Below are positions 24,501 through 37,197 of a DNA stretch of 58,362 nucleotides, one piece after another; the first letter of the stretch is position 1; every line of letters starts with the position of its first letter. Where the stretch lies: the NCBI GenBank assembly GCA_001724265.1, contig MEDY01000166.1, positions 1 through 58,362 on the forward strand, given 5' to 3'. Origin of the DNA: Rhizaria sp. SCN 62-66. Taxonomy: Eukaryota. The notes beneath the pieces were generated by a model. It searched no databases. It was not told the origin of the DNA and saw nothing but the letters and a program-made list of their open reading frames with translations. The position numbers and the translations under genes were made by a program.

Positions 24501-27213
24501 CGCGAGCACTGTCGCTGCAGGCGAGGTTGAGCGCGTGTCTGCGCACCACGTGCGCGCGCGCGCCAGCCTGGTGGCCGCCGCCGTGGCCGCCGCGCCGCCC
24601 GGCAGCGCAGTCGCCAACGCGGCCCTCGCGGTCTCGGCCAACAACACTACGTCTGCGTCGAAGGCGGCCTCTGCTGCTTCTGCTGCGGCTGCAGCTGTGG
24701 CAGAGCTGCCGCCGACGCTGACGACCGTTCTGCCGGCCGCGGCCACCGTGGCGGCGTCTGCGCAATCGCTGGCGCTGGCGCAGTCGCCGCTGGCGCAGTA
24801 CGCGCTGCCCGCGCTCGCGCGCGCACTGCGTAAAGCTCTTGCTCTCACTCCCTCACAGGCGCGGGCGCGGGCGCAGGCGCAGGCGCTGAGTGGCGGACTG
24901 CCCGACACTGGTGCCGCCCGGCTCGCGCGCGCGCTGCTGCTGTTGCTGTGCGCGCGGCCGTTGTCGGGGCCCGCGCTGTCGCGGCTGGCGCGTGCGCTGG
25001 GCATGCCGCGCGGGCTGGACCACTTGGCGGCGCTCACCGCGGCTGCTGCGCTGCGCAACGCCGCCCTCCGCGACGCCGCCCTGCGCGAGGCTGCCCCCGC
25101 GACCGCTTTCGCGAGCAGCGCCGCGGCCACGGCGGCCGGCGCCGCTGCGGCCGCCGCGGCATCTAGCACTGCGCTGCGCGGACCCGGCGCGCTGCTCTGG
25201 CAGTACGAGCGCGCGCGCGCCCCGCTCGCCCTGCTCTCCCCGTCCACTCAGCAACAACAGCAGCAGCAGCAGCAGCAGCTGAAGCCGCGGCCGGTGCGCG
25301 TGTTCCTCGTCGACAACACCGTCGAGTGGGGCGACCCAGCGCGCGCCGCCGACCTGGCCGTCGCTGCTGCCGCCAACGGGCACTCCAACTCGACCTCAAG
25401 TTCGAGCTCCATTGCGAGTGCGCCTCGGTTCTCGCGCCGATCGCCCGCGCAGGCCGCGCCCCCGGGGCTGTGTCTGGCCTCGGCCGCGGCCGTGTTCGGC
25501 GCCCGCTTCGTGTCGGCCGCGCGCGCGCTGCCCGCGGACGCCGCCGTGCCGCCCGCTGTGGCCGCCGCGCTGTCGCTCGCCGCGGGCGCCGCGCGCGCCA
25601 CGCCCGCGCGCGCCGCCGCCCTCAACGCCGAGCCCCCGCAGTCGCTCTCCGTCTTCACAGCCGGGAGCGAGAGCGCGGAGAGTGGCCGCTCGGAGGCCGC
25701 GGCTGTGGCGGGCGCGTGGTGCGGCGCGGCGACGAGCGGGCACCTCGTCGCGCTGGACAGGCTCGACTGGCTCTGCCTCGCGGGTCCGCCGGAGCTGCTC
25801 CTGCTCCTGCCGCGCGCGACCGCGACCTCAACCGCGACTGGGAACGGGACCAGTAGCGCTGACTGGGGCGCGTGCGAGTCGGGCGACGACGCGCTGGCGC
25901 GGCCGGCGTGTCCCTGCAGCCTCAGCAGCCAGCGCAAGCGCCGGGCTGCCGGCCGCCGCAGAATGGCGCTGGCTCGGCCGCAGCCGCAGGCGCAGTCGTG
26001 GCTGCTGACGCTGGCGGCCCGCGCCGAGCTGGTGCTGCTGCGGCTGCAGCTGCGGCTGCTGGGCACGCTGCCCGTGTCGCCCTACGCTCTACGCGCCTCC
26101 AGCAACAGCCACGGCCACGGGCTCAGCCGCAACAGGCTCGGGCGCGGTCGCGGCGCGGAGGACGAAGGGGCGAGCGAGAACGAGCGGGTGCTGCGGCGCG
26201 CGCTGGCCGCCGTGGTGGGCAGCGCCTGCAGCGGCAGCGCGGATGCGATCGCCGCGACGGGCCACCGCGCGCGGCGCTCGCGCGACGCCGGGAACGCCGT
26301 CGTCGCCATGGCCGATAACAGCGATGACGACGAGGATGACAACTCTGAGCACAAGTCCAGCAAGTGCGCCGGCTCTAGCGACAACGACGCCGATGAGGAC
26401 CGCTATGGTGAAGATACTGGCGATGACGACGCTGACGACGGTGACGGCGTCGGCCGCCGCTTCTGCCTCGTGCACGAAGTCCTGGCCCGCGCAGAGGCCG
26501 CTGCGCTCGCCCTCAGCACTAGCGCCGCCGCCGGCGCTGGCGTTCTCTCGAGTGCGAGTGCGGGTGCGAGCTCTGCCGCTGGTGGGGCTGCTGCTGGTGC
26601 TGGGAGCCAAGCGTTGCTCTCCGCGCCAGCGACTGCGCCTGCAGTGTCGTCAGTTTCGTTGTCGTCCTCGTCCTCGTCCTTGTCGTCCTCGTCGTCCTCG
26701 TCGTCCTCGTCTGCGCGACTGCCGACGCTGTACGCCGCGGCGGCGGCGTTGCGCGCGGGCGGCGCGGGGCTAGCGCTGTTCCTGCACCCGCGCACCACGC
26801 ACATCGCCACCGAGGCCGCGGACCGGACTGTGCGCGTCAATCCCAGCAGCAGCTCAAGCGGCAGCGGCAGCAGCGGCAGCGGCAACAGCGGCAGCGGCGG
26901 CAGCAGCTCCAGCGGCAACGGCAGTAGCGGCAGCAGCGGCAGCGGCGGCAGCAGGATGGTGACGACCTGGCACTGCGCGGCGCCGGGCCGCGAGAGCAAG
27001 CGGCTCGCGGCGGCCGCGGCGCAGGACGCTTTCCGGCTGCTGCGCGCGCTGCTGGCGGCGGCGGCGGCGCACGGCGTGCCCGGCGCGGCCGCGGAGCTGC
27101 GACTTACTCGCGTGCCTCCGGTGGTCGCGGCCGACGCCTGGGCCGGCGCCAGCGTCGCGGCCAGGCGCGCGCTCGACGGCCCCGACGCCGCGCGCTTTCT
27201 GCTTAACCCCTGA
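12537..27213 (+). CDS. LIG4: DNA ligase IV (NHEJ ligase), greatly expanded (~4767 aa), 3 exons
   Basis: Exons 12537-13615, 13800-15986 and 16176-27213 (14304 nt, in frame). DNA-binding domain: LLRLVFPDVDRDR, QVKWLMRIVKKDMKLG. Ligase motifs: I QDKFDGER, III VLDGELL, IIIa CFVAFDILY, IV EGIVLK, V WSKLKPD, VI VRFPRFLRVRDDK. BRCT1 fragments (LSGLTFRVLG...LITALGGRV...HDIVTAQWVLEA), inter-BRCT DVFGDS and BRCT2-like fragments near the C-terminus. TGA stop. Confidence 0.88.
13616..13799 (+). other. Spliceosomal intron 1 of LIG4 (184 nt)
   Basis: AA|GTACGT...TTCAG|C restores YHNGEAVANVSTLRKACELL, similar to LIG4 HPDA...NVTTDLEKVC. Confidence 0.85.
15987..16175 (+). other. Spliceosomal intron 2 of LIG4 (189 nt)
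   Basis: AG|GTACCC...CCTAG|G restores LEARMLYAVHRGLEGIVLK (motif IV). Confidence 0.85.
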
Positions 27214-28125
27214 GCGGGGCGCGCTGTTACCGAAAACAAGTGTCCGAAGCGCGGGGGACCGCCGTTAGAGGCTGAATATAGGTGTGAAAGGTGAGCGAGG
27301 AAGAAAGGCCGACCTCGTTTTGTGTGCTTCGCGGTGAAACTGGTGGGAAAGATCAAGCCCGTTACATATTAATTCGTGTATTTAGATTTTCCTTTGTAAT
27401 ACATACACTATATACTTGAAATGGCATCTTTTGCGCAAAACACTATGTGTAGGCAGCGTAAAATGTCACCGCCACAGCCGACTTCGGGTTGTTTTTGGCA
27501 CTGATGATGGGGATTTCATGTCTAAGTTGCTTGTTTCATCATATAAAACGATTCTTCTAAATAATTTGTGTACGTTAGTTATTTAATTTGCTAATTATTC
27601 TCATGCAACTGCTCGTACTGAACTTGTAGGACTCAATTTATGTCCACTGGTCTCCTTCTGCCCACAGTCCTAATAGAGGCTAGTCACGTCAGACGACGAG
27701 GCCACCCACTTAGATTTGAAAACGAATTGTTGACGTTGAATGCACGTTTGAAACCTATTGCTTGCATTGCCTTTTGATATTGAGTTATGGGCTATATTTC
27801 TACATTGATGGAAGTCTCATACAGTCGCAGATAATAGCGAAAATGACTATGAAAATGGGCGACACACTCCTCGTGCCCGTCCATGGAGATCAAGGCATAA
27901 TACCTCTATCAAAACGATCCATATCCTTTATATCGGTTTTTTTTTATGGATGCTTGTGATGCAATTGACCCAGAAATGGGATTTTTGGGATTGGATCACG
28001 CGATTTCATGCCACTGCAAGCCAATCTTTTCAACCCATCACTTCCACGAGGCGCTTGTCCTTCTATACTTTCGGCTTCCTCGGCTCACCTTATCTCGCCC
28101 CATGCTTGCTCTTTGAAGAGGGATA

Positions 28126-29893
28126 ATGCGTCTCACTAACGCTATCCTTGTGTGTCTGTGTGCCGTTCTCGCGGCCCACTTCGTGTACGTGCCTCTAGGT
28201 TGCCCCCCTCTCCGGTCCTCGTTTTTTCTTTGAACAACCGTCTTCTCGTTGCTCTCATATCTCTTTGTGTACATGCCAAACTTCGAGTTTTCCGACGAAC
28301 GCCTAAATTTTAGATTCTAAAAATGTCTAATTTATGTCGCGCAATCATTTTGCTATCATCTGACGACTAAGTAACGCACAATAACCCCACATATTCTCCC
28401 ACCGCCTCCCCTCTTCGCTTTTGCCTCAAAATCCCCCCTCCTTCTCTCACTGCCTTTGTGTGCTCGCCACCATCTCATCACTTCGTCACAATCACCCCCT
28501 GTGACCATGTCATGTTGTGTTGTAACCCGCCTGCACACTCAGGTCGGCGATCTCGCTGTCCGCGCATCGCGCGAGCAACGAGACTGCTCTGGCGCAGTTC
28601 CTGCAACCGTCGTCTGAAGACGCCACGCACCTGCTGTCGATGCTCGAGACGCGCCGCGAGACCCTCTCGCAGGACGACTACCTCGCCGTGCCGTTCGACA
28701 TGAGCAGCGAGCAGGACAAGGCCGTGTTCGAGGCACTGACCCACAACAAGGAGGGCTTCCAGGCCTGGCGCGAGAACATGGCGCGCACGCACATGCACAT
28801 GGAGCTCGCCGACTACAACGCGCTCTTCGAGCAACACCGCACGTCGCTCCTCGACCTCGCCGCCAGCGTCGAAATCCCCGTGCACGTCAACTCCGTCTCG
28901 TTCGACGCGCTGCTGCGCAAAGTCGACGCCGAGGTCTCCGTCCGCGAGCGCCGCTCTCCCAAGGGCGCCGCTGCGTTCGTCGAGGCGCGCGTGACCGTGG
29001 CCGCGCTGCACCAGAACGCGCACCTGTTCCGCGCGCGCAGCACGCTGCACTCGCTGGTGATCCAGGACGCCGTGATGTTCGGCGTGCAGGACCAGATCGG
29101 GCAGGCGTTCGACTGGATCGTGTCCAAGATCCAGGCCAACAAGTGCACCTACTGCAAGGCTGTCTACTCGTTCATCATCAAGAAGGCGTGCCAGGCCGCG
29201 GGCTCGGCCATCTGCAAGATGCTCATCGCCGCGGCCACGGGCCCCATTGGCGTGATCCTCGGCAAGTACCTCTGCGACGCGCCGCTCTTTATGTCCAAGA
29301 TCCTGGGCGGCGTGTGCGACGCGGCCGTCACTGCGCTGCTCACCAAGGCGCGCATCACGGCCGAGTGCGTGTGCTCCGTCACCGTGCCCACCTTCTCGAT
29401 CCCGGCGACGGACTTCAAGGTGCTGGGCGCGAGCGTGTTCAAGATGGACAAGCGCACGATCGCGATCGGGCTCATCTGCCCCGTCGTCGCCGGCCAGTGC
29501 ATCGGCTCCTCTACCAGCGACAAGAAGGCCTACGACGCCCAGAAGGCCGTTGACGACGCCAAGAAGGCCGCGGCCGCGAAGGAGGAGCGCGCCAAGATTG
29601 CCAAGATGACTAAGGCGGAGAAGATCGCGTACCACACCAAGGTCCTCAAGGGCGAGATCAAGTCGAACCTGACGGAACAGGAGATCCACGCCGTGCTGGG
29701 CTCCGTCACCGGCCTCACCTCGGCCGCGCTCGCGGGCCTCAAGAAGCTCGCCACGGGCGACGTCAAGGGCGCCGCGGTCGCCGTCGCCAAGGGCGTGGCC
29801 ACCACCGCCGCCAAGGCCGTCGGCGAAGTCGCTGTTGGCACCGCCGTCAAGGCGGTCACAAAGACGACCACCAACGCCGTTGCCATGCGGTAA
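28126..29893 (+). CDS. Secreted Cys-rich protein with saposin-like domain, 469 aa, 2 exons
   Basis: Exon 1 (28126-28184) encodes signal peptide MRLTNAILVCLCAVLAAHFV(SA). GTACGT...CAG intron 28185-28542 joins in frame to 28543-29893. Helical Cys pattern CTYCKAVYSFIIKKAC...IC...LC...VC...ECVC. Codon use is strongly biased. TAA stop. Confidence 0.75.
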
Positions 29894-31353
29894 GTGCGCT
29901 CGTTCCCAGGGTGAAGGAGGCCGGCTCTGCTGAAGGATGTGTGCTTTTTGTCCCGCTGATGAATGCTCCACTGTCAGTGGATGTCGACGTTGGTGTGTGC
30001 GATCGTTTCGTGTCAATCAGCTGAAATGTTGTGTTTCTGTTTAATGTCCCCTTCAGTGTTAATAGTGTCAATGATTCAGTATTCGTCTGTCTGTGTGTTA
30101 CTGCTACTTGTTTTGCGTGTGAGAAATTTGAAGAAATTTGCGACCTTTGAACGAACTCCAATGATAACTGAGTGGGTTCGCAAGACATGTTTATCTTGTC
30201 ACGACGCCTCTCCTACTTTCTAACTGATGCTTCCGGGAGTACCGGGAGACAAAAACGAACGATATTCGTCTCTTTTATAATATCAAATACAGTCCCATCA
30301 ATAATGTGGCAAATACTTACCTATACAGTTGCCAGTGGTTACGCGACACCGCTGCCGCTCCAACTGTGGTCTGTTGATGATGATGATGTTGAGAGGCAAA
30401 ACCACTGATAAGTCTGTTGCGTACAGCACAATCAATTGATCGTCAGCGGTAGTGTTACGTGAATATGTACTGTATATTAATGTCTTGGATAATTTATCTT
30501 ACTGAGATATATCCGCCGTCAGATTGGTTATTCACAACGCAATCGTTAAATATATCCAAGCTCAGCATGGATGGAGATGAGCTAGTCGCCGCCGAACACC
30601 TTGCTGAAGCAGTGCTAACGACGAGGATAATCAGAGGACGATTACTATAGCGATCGCAGCCGCAACGATGGCAACGGCAATGTCGAGGATTAGGACGAGG
30701 AATATCGCGACAATGACGATGACAGCGACAATAGTTATGTGACACACTCATTGAATGACACAATAAAATGTATTCATATATTTGGGAAACGGTAAACGTT
30801 CAAAAGACTCTCAAACTCAATAGTGTGGTACGATGCGTAGGTAGTCATGGTGTACCCTTGGAGATGTGGCACAGCCATGGCAATCACAAGGCACAATTCA
30901 CATGGGACTGCGAAATCAAAGCTGATATTGAAAAATCAAGGTGAATCCGTAAAGGAGTGTAATGTTCAATACCAAGTGCAACTTCCGCACTTGATTGGTG
31001 ATAATCGTGACAGCACGAAAGTTTTTTTAGACAAACGATCGGGCTATTGAGCTGTGGCACTAAAAACTAACATATTGAAACGACGTGTAAACATTAGGAA
31101 GAAAGAACTGAAAACTGTGGGAATTGTTGCTGTTGCTGTTTAAGAAACTAAGGATGTCTTGACATGTCTGCATCGACGGAAAAGTATACGAACACGGAAA
31201 TTAGGATGGCAAATAATGGTGTAAATAGCATTTTGATAATTGTTATGATAGTTGTTATGAATCATGTGAATGTTAATAATCAGCGAGTGAAATGTGTTCT
31301 TATCGGTGAAAGAAAACTCCCAAGTTGAAAACGACTGACAGATGTCGATGATG

Positions 31354-31407
31354 AACAAATACACTGCGTGCACAAAAGGTAACAAATACACTACATGCCC
31401 AAAAGGT
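31354..31407. repeat. 27-bp imperfect tandem duplication in AT-rich spacer
   Basis: aacaaatacactgcgtgcacaaaaggt followed directly by aacaaatacactacatgcccaaaaggt. Confidence 0.8.
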
Positions 31408-32185
31408 AACATCTATCGTGTGACGTTTGAATTGGTCACCACAGATAAAATGGGTTAAATTTAACACTAAAATATGAAAATAATTGTTTTGTGTCATAGG
31501 CTGAGTGACACTAACAAAACAAAGTAAAAACTGATTGACATGTAAGCTTAACATATTAATAGAAAAACATATATCATTGATCATCAAGAACATGATGAGT
31601 CTGAAATAAAACAATAACAGCTCTTTCTCACTCTCCATATTATTCCGATGCCTATATGATCAACTGCCGTGATCTCATGTCAGCGACGGCATCGCTATCG
31701 TTATTGATGTTACATTGCTGACGGGAGTTTGAGTGATATTGCTGTTTCGCATATTGAGCCAAGACGGACATATCTGGACAGCTACAGAGTCACATTCATC
31801 TTTAGTCGCACTGCTATAGTAACGGGAAAAAGAGGTCGTGAAAAGCAGCAGGGTCAAAATAAGAAGAAAAACACCCTCAAAAAGCATTAGCAACGTAAAA
31901 AAAAAAAATCAATAAACAACTGCATCGTCCACCAAAGACGGTGGCAATTTCATCTTAACGGACATTTCTTGAACGGTCGAGCTAAGAATTTGAACTCAAA
32001 TGCACCAAATAGTGCTGAGGATCGAATGTTCAGCTACTTCGCTCACACTCGCAGGCGCTTGCACAAGCACATTCACCTGCGCATGTACGCAGTAACGATT
32101 AGTAAGGCGATGTAGCTCTATACAGTCTAGATTAGCGGACTGTGACTCTTGAGTCGTTGAACCAAAGAGTCAGGCATTTAGACAC

Positions 32186-35100
32186 TTAGACGGCGGCCAT
32201 CTGAACCTCGCCGCGAGGCGTATCGTTGTGAGTGTGGCCGTTGTCGTGCATGTCGACGGGCTCGCCCGCGGCACCTTCAACGCCGACCTTGCCGCTCTTG
32301 CCGAAGCAGCACATCTTGTTGCAGTACGCGACAATGAACACGATGATCACGATGAGACCCACGCCACCAATCACCGTCGCGAGAATGATCGTCTCGGTGT
32401 AGTCCTTGCTGCCGCTGGCGTCGACGGACTCCGGCAGCCCGTCGCCCGCCTCGGCGGCGTCGTCGGCGATGCTGAGCCCGGCGCTCGCGTCGAGCGTCTT
32501 GTCTGCGCCGGAGTCGGCCATCGCCGTCGTGGTGCCTGCGAACGCGTCGCGCAGGTTGCGAAGCCCCGCGTACACGGTGGCGACACTGCCGCCGAAGCCA
32601 GAGACGGCCTGGGTGCGGAAACCGCGCTTGGCAGCAGCAGCAGAAGCAACGGACAGAGTCTTGAAATGAGCCTTGCTCTGCTGCATGTTGATCTTGTTTT
32701 GACGCTTGCTGTTGCGCGCGGTCGCACGCGCAGCCTTGCGCTCTGCCAGAACCTGAGTGCGCGCGGCTTGAACCTCAGCGAGAGTGAGCATTTCGCCCCT
32801 CTGGGCCGCGTCGGCCTTGACCTTGGACACGGCCGCAGACATCGCCTCGGCAGCCGACATCATCATCAGCGAGCGCGCCTTGCTGGTCAAGCCACCAGCG
32901 CCGCCGGCAGCAGGCGAGAAGCGGGTTGGCTGCGCAGGGCCGGTCAGAGACAGCGGGAAGATGTTGGTGGTGCCCAGCTGGAGGTCCTCAACAGCGGTGT
33001 TGTCCGCGGGGCGCGGGGTCATCCAGCCGATCGAGCATGAGTCCGCGTGGCTGATGTCGAGCTCGAGCTTGAACTTTTTGGCGGCGACGGACTTGACGCG
33101 CGCGGCAACCACAGTAAAGCTCATCTTCATCAGGTCGGTCAGCACGGCGCCCTCGCCCGCGACCCACTTGCCCAGCCCTGTGGTAACCGCAGCCGAGCTG
33201 AGGTCAGAGCTGGATGTAAGCCACTTCTCGGTCAGGCTGGTGCGGAGCGCTGAGAAGCCGATCGTGACATAGCGGCAGCGGCAGTCGGTCTCAGGCGAGA
33301 AACCGGGCTTGCACTTGCACTTGTCGCAGCTAGAGCTGACGGTGCCGCTGTTGTGGCAGACCTTGCTGCACTTCTCGCACGTCGCGCCAACCCAGCCGTT
33401 GGTGCACATGCAGGTGTCGCCGCAGACAACAGGATCCGTGCCGTTGCTGCGCGCGCCGTAGAAGCCGCTGTTTGCGCAGGCAGGCTTGCTGCCGTCAGCG
33501 TTGCAGTCGGCAACGGGCTTGTCGCAGCGCGCGCCAGTAAAAAGCATTGTGCCATTGATGTCAGACTTGCATTTACATGTCGCACGCTGCGTGAAAAAGT
33601 CCACAAAGCAGGCCGCGGCACCGCCAATGTTGCACTTGATCGTCTCGCAGGGACTAAACTCGCATGCAGTGCCAGAGTAATCACCGGGGCACTCGCAGAG
33701 CCCGGTGGCCTGGTTGCACGTAAAACCGTGGCAGTCGTCAGGACAGTGGCGCTCGAACGTGATGGTGTCGTTCGAGATCGAAACCATCTGGGGCTTCTTG
33801 GCGAGACTGAGCTGGTGCTTGTACGTCTTGCCCATCACGGCGGCCGGGATCGGCTTTTGCGGCGTGTAGTAATACCCGGCGGACGCCTCGTTATAGTTGG
33901 GCTCGTAGCGGTCGAGCACGATATCTGCGGTGTTGTTCTGGCTCAAGAGCGTTACGATCACAGTGTGCATGTTGTTGGGGCGCTGCGAGGAGGCGTACGC
34001 AGAGTCGAAGTAATAATCATCCTCCTCAGAGTCGTCCTCACTGGTGTAGTCATCGTAGTAGTTGACGTAATAGCGGAGAAATTGGTCGGAAACCCACATG
34101 TTTGTAGTCGAGTCGACGGTCACGTTGACCGACATGGTGCAGTTAACGCCGGCCCAGAGGCCCGCGCACTCGCAGCGCGTGCCGTACTTCGCCAGCCGGC
34201 CGATGCCGTCGGGACGCATGATGGGGACAGTAGTCGCGCCGTTGAGACACTTGGTCGCGGGGGAGGTGTACGTGCACTTGGTGAAGCTGGCGTTAGCAGG
34301 AACCGTGACATTGTGACGCAGGCAGACTGAATGGTCAAAGTAGAACTAAAAGTGGCGCGTGAAAAAAAAAAGGGAAGAAAATTGGTCGTCAGAATATAAT
34401 TGAAACAAATATAATGGCTCAAGATATACATAGAATTGATACAAATAAAAACACATAATTTTAACGTACATCACCGGCACTACTGATCTTGTTTGCAACA
34501 CAGTCGTAGTTCGAGAAACTCGACGACTCGAGCTCATATTGCTTCTTAGTGGGGCAATTGTTATTGGAGCTGAGGATAAACCTGAAAGACAAAAACGACG
34601 CTTCATCACTGCACTGTGGCAGCGAACACGTGTAACCGGATCCGCACAGCGCGTCAGGCACTTGTCGCCACAGTGTGCTACTGTAGCACTTGGCGGTCGT
34701 GGTCGCGTAGTCACCATTGGGTGTGCACGTGACAGCAGTATTGTTGGACATGCACTTGTCCGAGGTCGTAGAAACCAGGTAGCAGTCTCCGTTGTCGCGC
34801 TCGCACTGACGCACGCTTGCCGGCTTGTCCCCGTCCGCAGCGCACTTGCTGTCGGGAACGGGAAAGCTGCCGTTCTCGATGCACGCGACCTGGCGTGTCG
34901 TCGAGCTGTTGCGCTCGTGGCAACGGAACGTCTGGCACTGGGCGTAGCCGTACGTGCCGTTGTTTTTCGCGCAGCTGCGCCAGCTGCTCGAGGGGTCTGT
35001 TGGGTCGCGGCAGCGCCAGATGGGCGCGTTGCAGTAGGTGCCCACGGAGCACGCCTCCATGAGCACGGGCGCCGGCGCGGTCAGCAGGCACGGCGACACG

Positions 35101-35714
35101 TCGCGCACATAGTGGTTGGTGTTGTGTGTGAAGTATGCGGTCGTCGCAGTCACATTCTCCACATCAACAGCCTTAAGCGCGCAGCGCGCGGCGCGGTGCT
35201 TTTCGGCAGAGCCGCAGCTGGCGGCGCAGGCGATGTTCTCGAATGCGACAACAGTGTCGTCGCAGGAGGCCCAAGTAACCGAGCCGATATTGCTGTCGGA
35301 AGAGCCCAGGCGCGCGCACTGCCACTCAAAGCCGCCGGCGCATTTGTCGGCCGAGACGCAAAAGCGAGAAGTTTGTGGGCCGACTTCGGGACAGCCCGAA
35401 GTGAGGTCAGCGGTTGTGATTGAGGTCAACGATGCATTAACACAAAACAGCTTGCGCGAGGCAGTGCCGACTCCGCAGGGAGCTCCGGGGCAGGGAGACC
35501 AAGTTGAGTCGCTGTCGCAGGAAACGAGATTGAAAGATGTGTCTTCGTCATCATTTTCAAACGCGATATCAAGCGCCTCGGCATCTTCGTAAGTGAGACA
35601 GCGGCGTACAATCGTTACGTCGGAGTTTGCGAAGGCGAGGTAGACGAGTGTCGTGAACAATAGCGCGAGCGATCCTAAGAGTCGGCGCAACGCCGGCGTG
35701 GGAAGCGTCGGCAT
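32186..35714 (-). CDS. Type I membrane protein with thrombospondin type-1-like and EGF-like repeats, 1134 aa, 2 exons
   Basis: Exons 35714-34470 and 34345-32186 (intron 34346-34469, GTACGT...TTTAG). Signal peptide LLGSLALLFTTLVYLAFA. TSP1-like WSPCPGAPCGVGTASRKLFC, CAASCGSAEKHRAARC and TTRQVAC. EGF-like CECAGLWAGVNC, CECPGDYSGTAC and CMCTNGWVGATC. TM IILATVIGGVGLIVIIVFIVAYC with a short cytoplasmic tail. TAA stop. Confidence 0.85.
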
Positions 35715-36309
35715 TCTGAAAGGTACAAAAGGAAATATGCAAAAGAACAATCAACAGTTTGGTGAGAAACACACGGAAGAATATGCTGAAAAGAGGTCAG
35801 AAAAATTGGGCTCAACCAAGCCAAACGTCGGATCTCGGCATAATTCTCTCAGGCTTAGGTGGTATAAACGTCGACTAATTGAGAATCAGATAAAACGTCT
35901 GTGATTTACACGTAATTTGAATGGTCTGTAGCTCTGACATGTGATATCACTAAAGGATATAAAGTACTTGGCGATAAATAGTATGTTTCGGCGTGCGTTT
36001 GATCACCTCGACTCCAGAGAGATTTTCCAGCGAAGATTTCTCTATAAAATCTCCAAAGATGAGTTGTCTTCATTTGATACCTTAAACAAAACATCTTATT
36101 TCATCAAATTCAATTATAGGTACTCTGTTATCTCAGGTATCTATATCAAAATTTGGCCTGAAAAATGTGACCATGGATTCGCCTTTGTTATGATAACCGA
36201 CATTGTGCTTAACCACGGTAAGTGACCATGAACTGGATCGGACCACGGTCAAGTCATTTTTTGCCCCAAGATCACAATTTGGAGGACGGTGGCCTGGAAA
36301 CGAACAGTC

Positions 36310-36333
36310 TTAATATTAATATATTAATATTAA
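36310..36333. repeat. Perfect 24-bp AT palindrome
   Basis: ttaatattaatatattaatattaa equals its own reverse complement. Confidence 0.85.
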
Positions 36334-37160
36334 TTGATTCGACATGTACATGTACTTCATACTAGCTAGTTGTTACTAAACTAAATGTTTACATTTGCTA
36401 TTGCTCCATTTGCTATTGCAAGTAATAAAGTTGGAATCGCATGCGACGCCCAAAACATCGAATTTATCGAAGTGTAGAGCATAGATATTCAATAAGGATG
36501 AAATAATGTCATGTATAATAATTTAAAAAATTTATTATAGTAATATATTTGCAGTTTATTTTTTACTAAACATAAAAATATTAAATGCAAATGTACTTAC
36601 TATATTATCTACAAATAGTACTAAAAGTGTTTTTATTAAATTTATATGATTTCATACAAATTTTTACTTATTTATTACTCTTTTTTTTGCCCAATTGTCC
36701 AATCTTTGCAAGGACTCTTTTAACAAAGAAACTAGAAAAAAGCAATTACAGTACATACACTTTACTAAAAAAGAAGATTAAATCATTTTATACTGTTATA
36801 TATTTTTTATTTTAACCAAAAACTTGTTGCCATATATTTCAGTATTTTCTTTTAAATCTTAAATAAAAATCAATCAAATAATATATATACATTTATTAAA
36901 ACTATTTCATTTATATTGTAATATTAAATTGTAATTGTCATCTTTTAGATTTTTGATGATTGCTACCGACAAAGTGGGGCGATTACTCGAGAGCTGCGAG
37001 TTATCCAGCATGCATACAGTGTAGCATACAGTGTGTATCATAAATACTATTTGAAAACTCGCCATTTTGTTCAAATCGCACAAAATTACGCTTGGATTTG
37101 TGTTGGTTTGGTTAGGGATTGGTTCAAGGATGATTCTCGAAGCAGAACGGCAGGAATTGG

Positions 37161-37197
37161 TTTTAATCAAAAACATTGTATTGATTTTTGATTAAAA
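37161..37197. repeat. 13-bp perfect inverted repeat (hairpin, 11-nt loop) overlapping a short direct repeat
   Basis: ttttaatcaaaaa (37161-37173) pairs with tttttgattaaaa (37185-37197). aaaaacattgtattgat occurs twice nearby. Confidence 0.75.

Noticed and set aside
13804-27356. Many long minus-strand ORFs (up to 980 aa) opposite LIG4
   Set aside because: Shadow frames of GC-rich coding sequence with no domain motifs.
27214-28120. Search for tRNA (including a CUA suppressor), snRNA or snoRNA in this and other spacers
   Set aside because: No convincing cloverleaf, A/B boxes, Sm site or paired C/D boxes were recognisable by eye. tRNAscan-SE/Infernal would be needed to exclude them.
29888-29900. 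GTAAGT overlapping the stop of the saposin-like gene (and similarly RPL19) as a possible intron donor
   Set aside because: Local introns use GTAC, no downstream GC-rich exon is evident, and TAAGTG matches the common stop context here.
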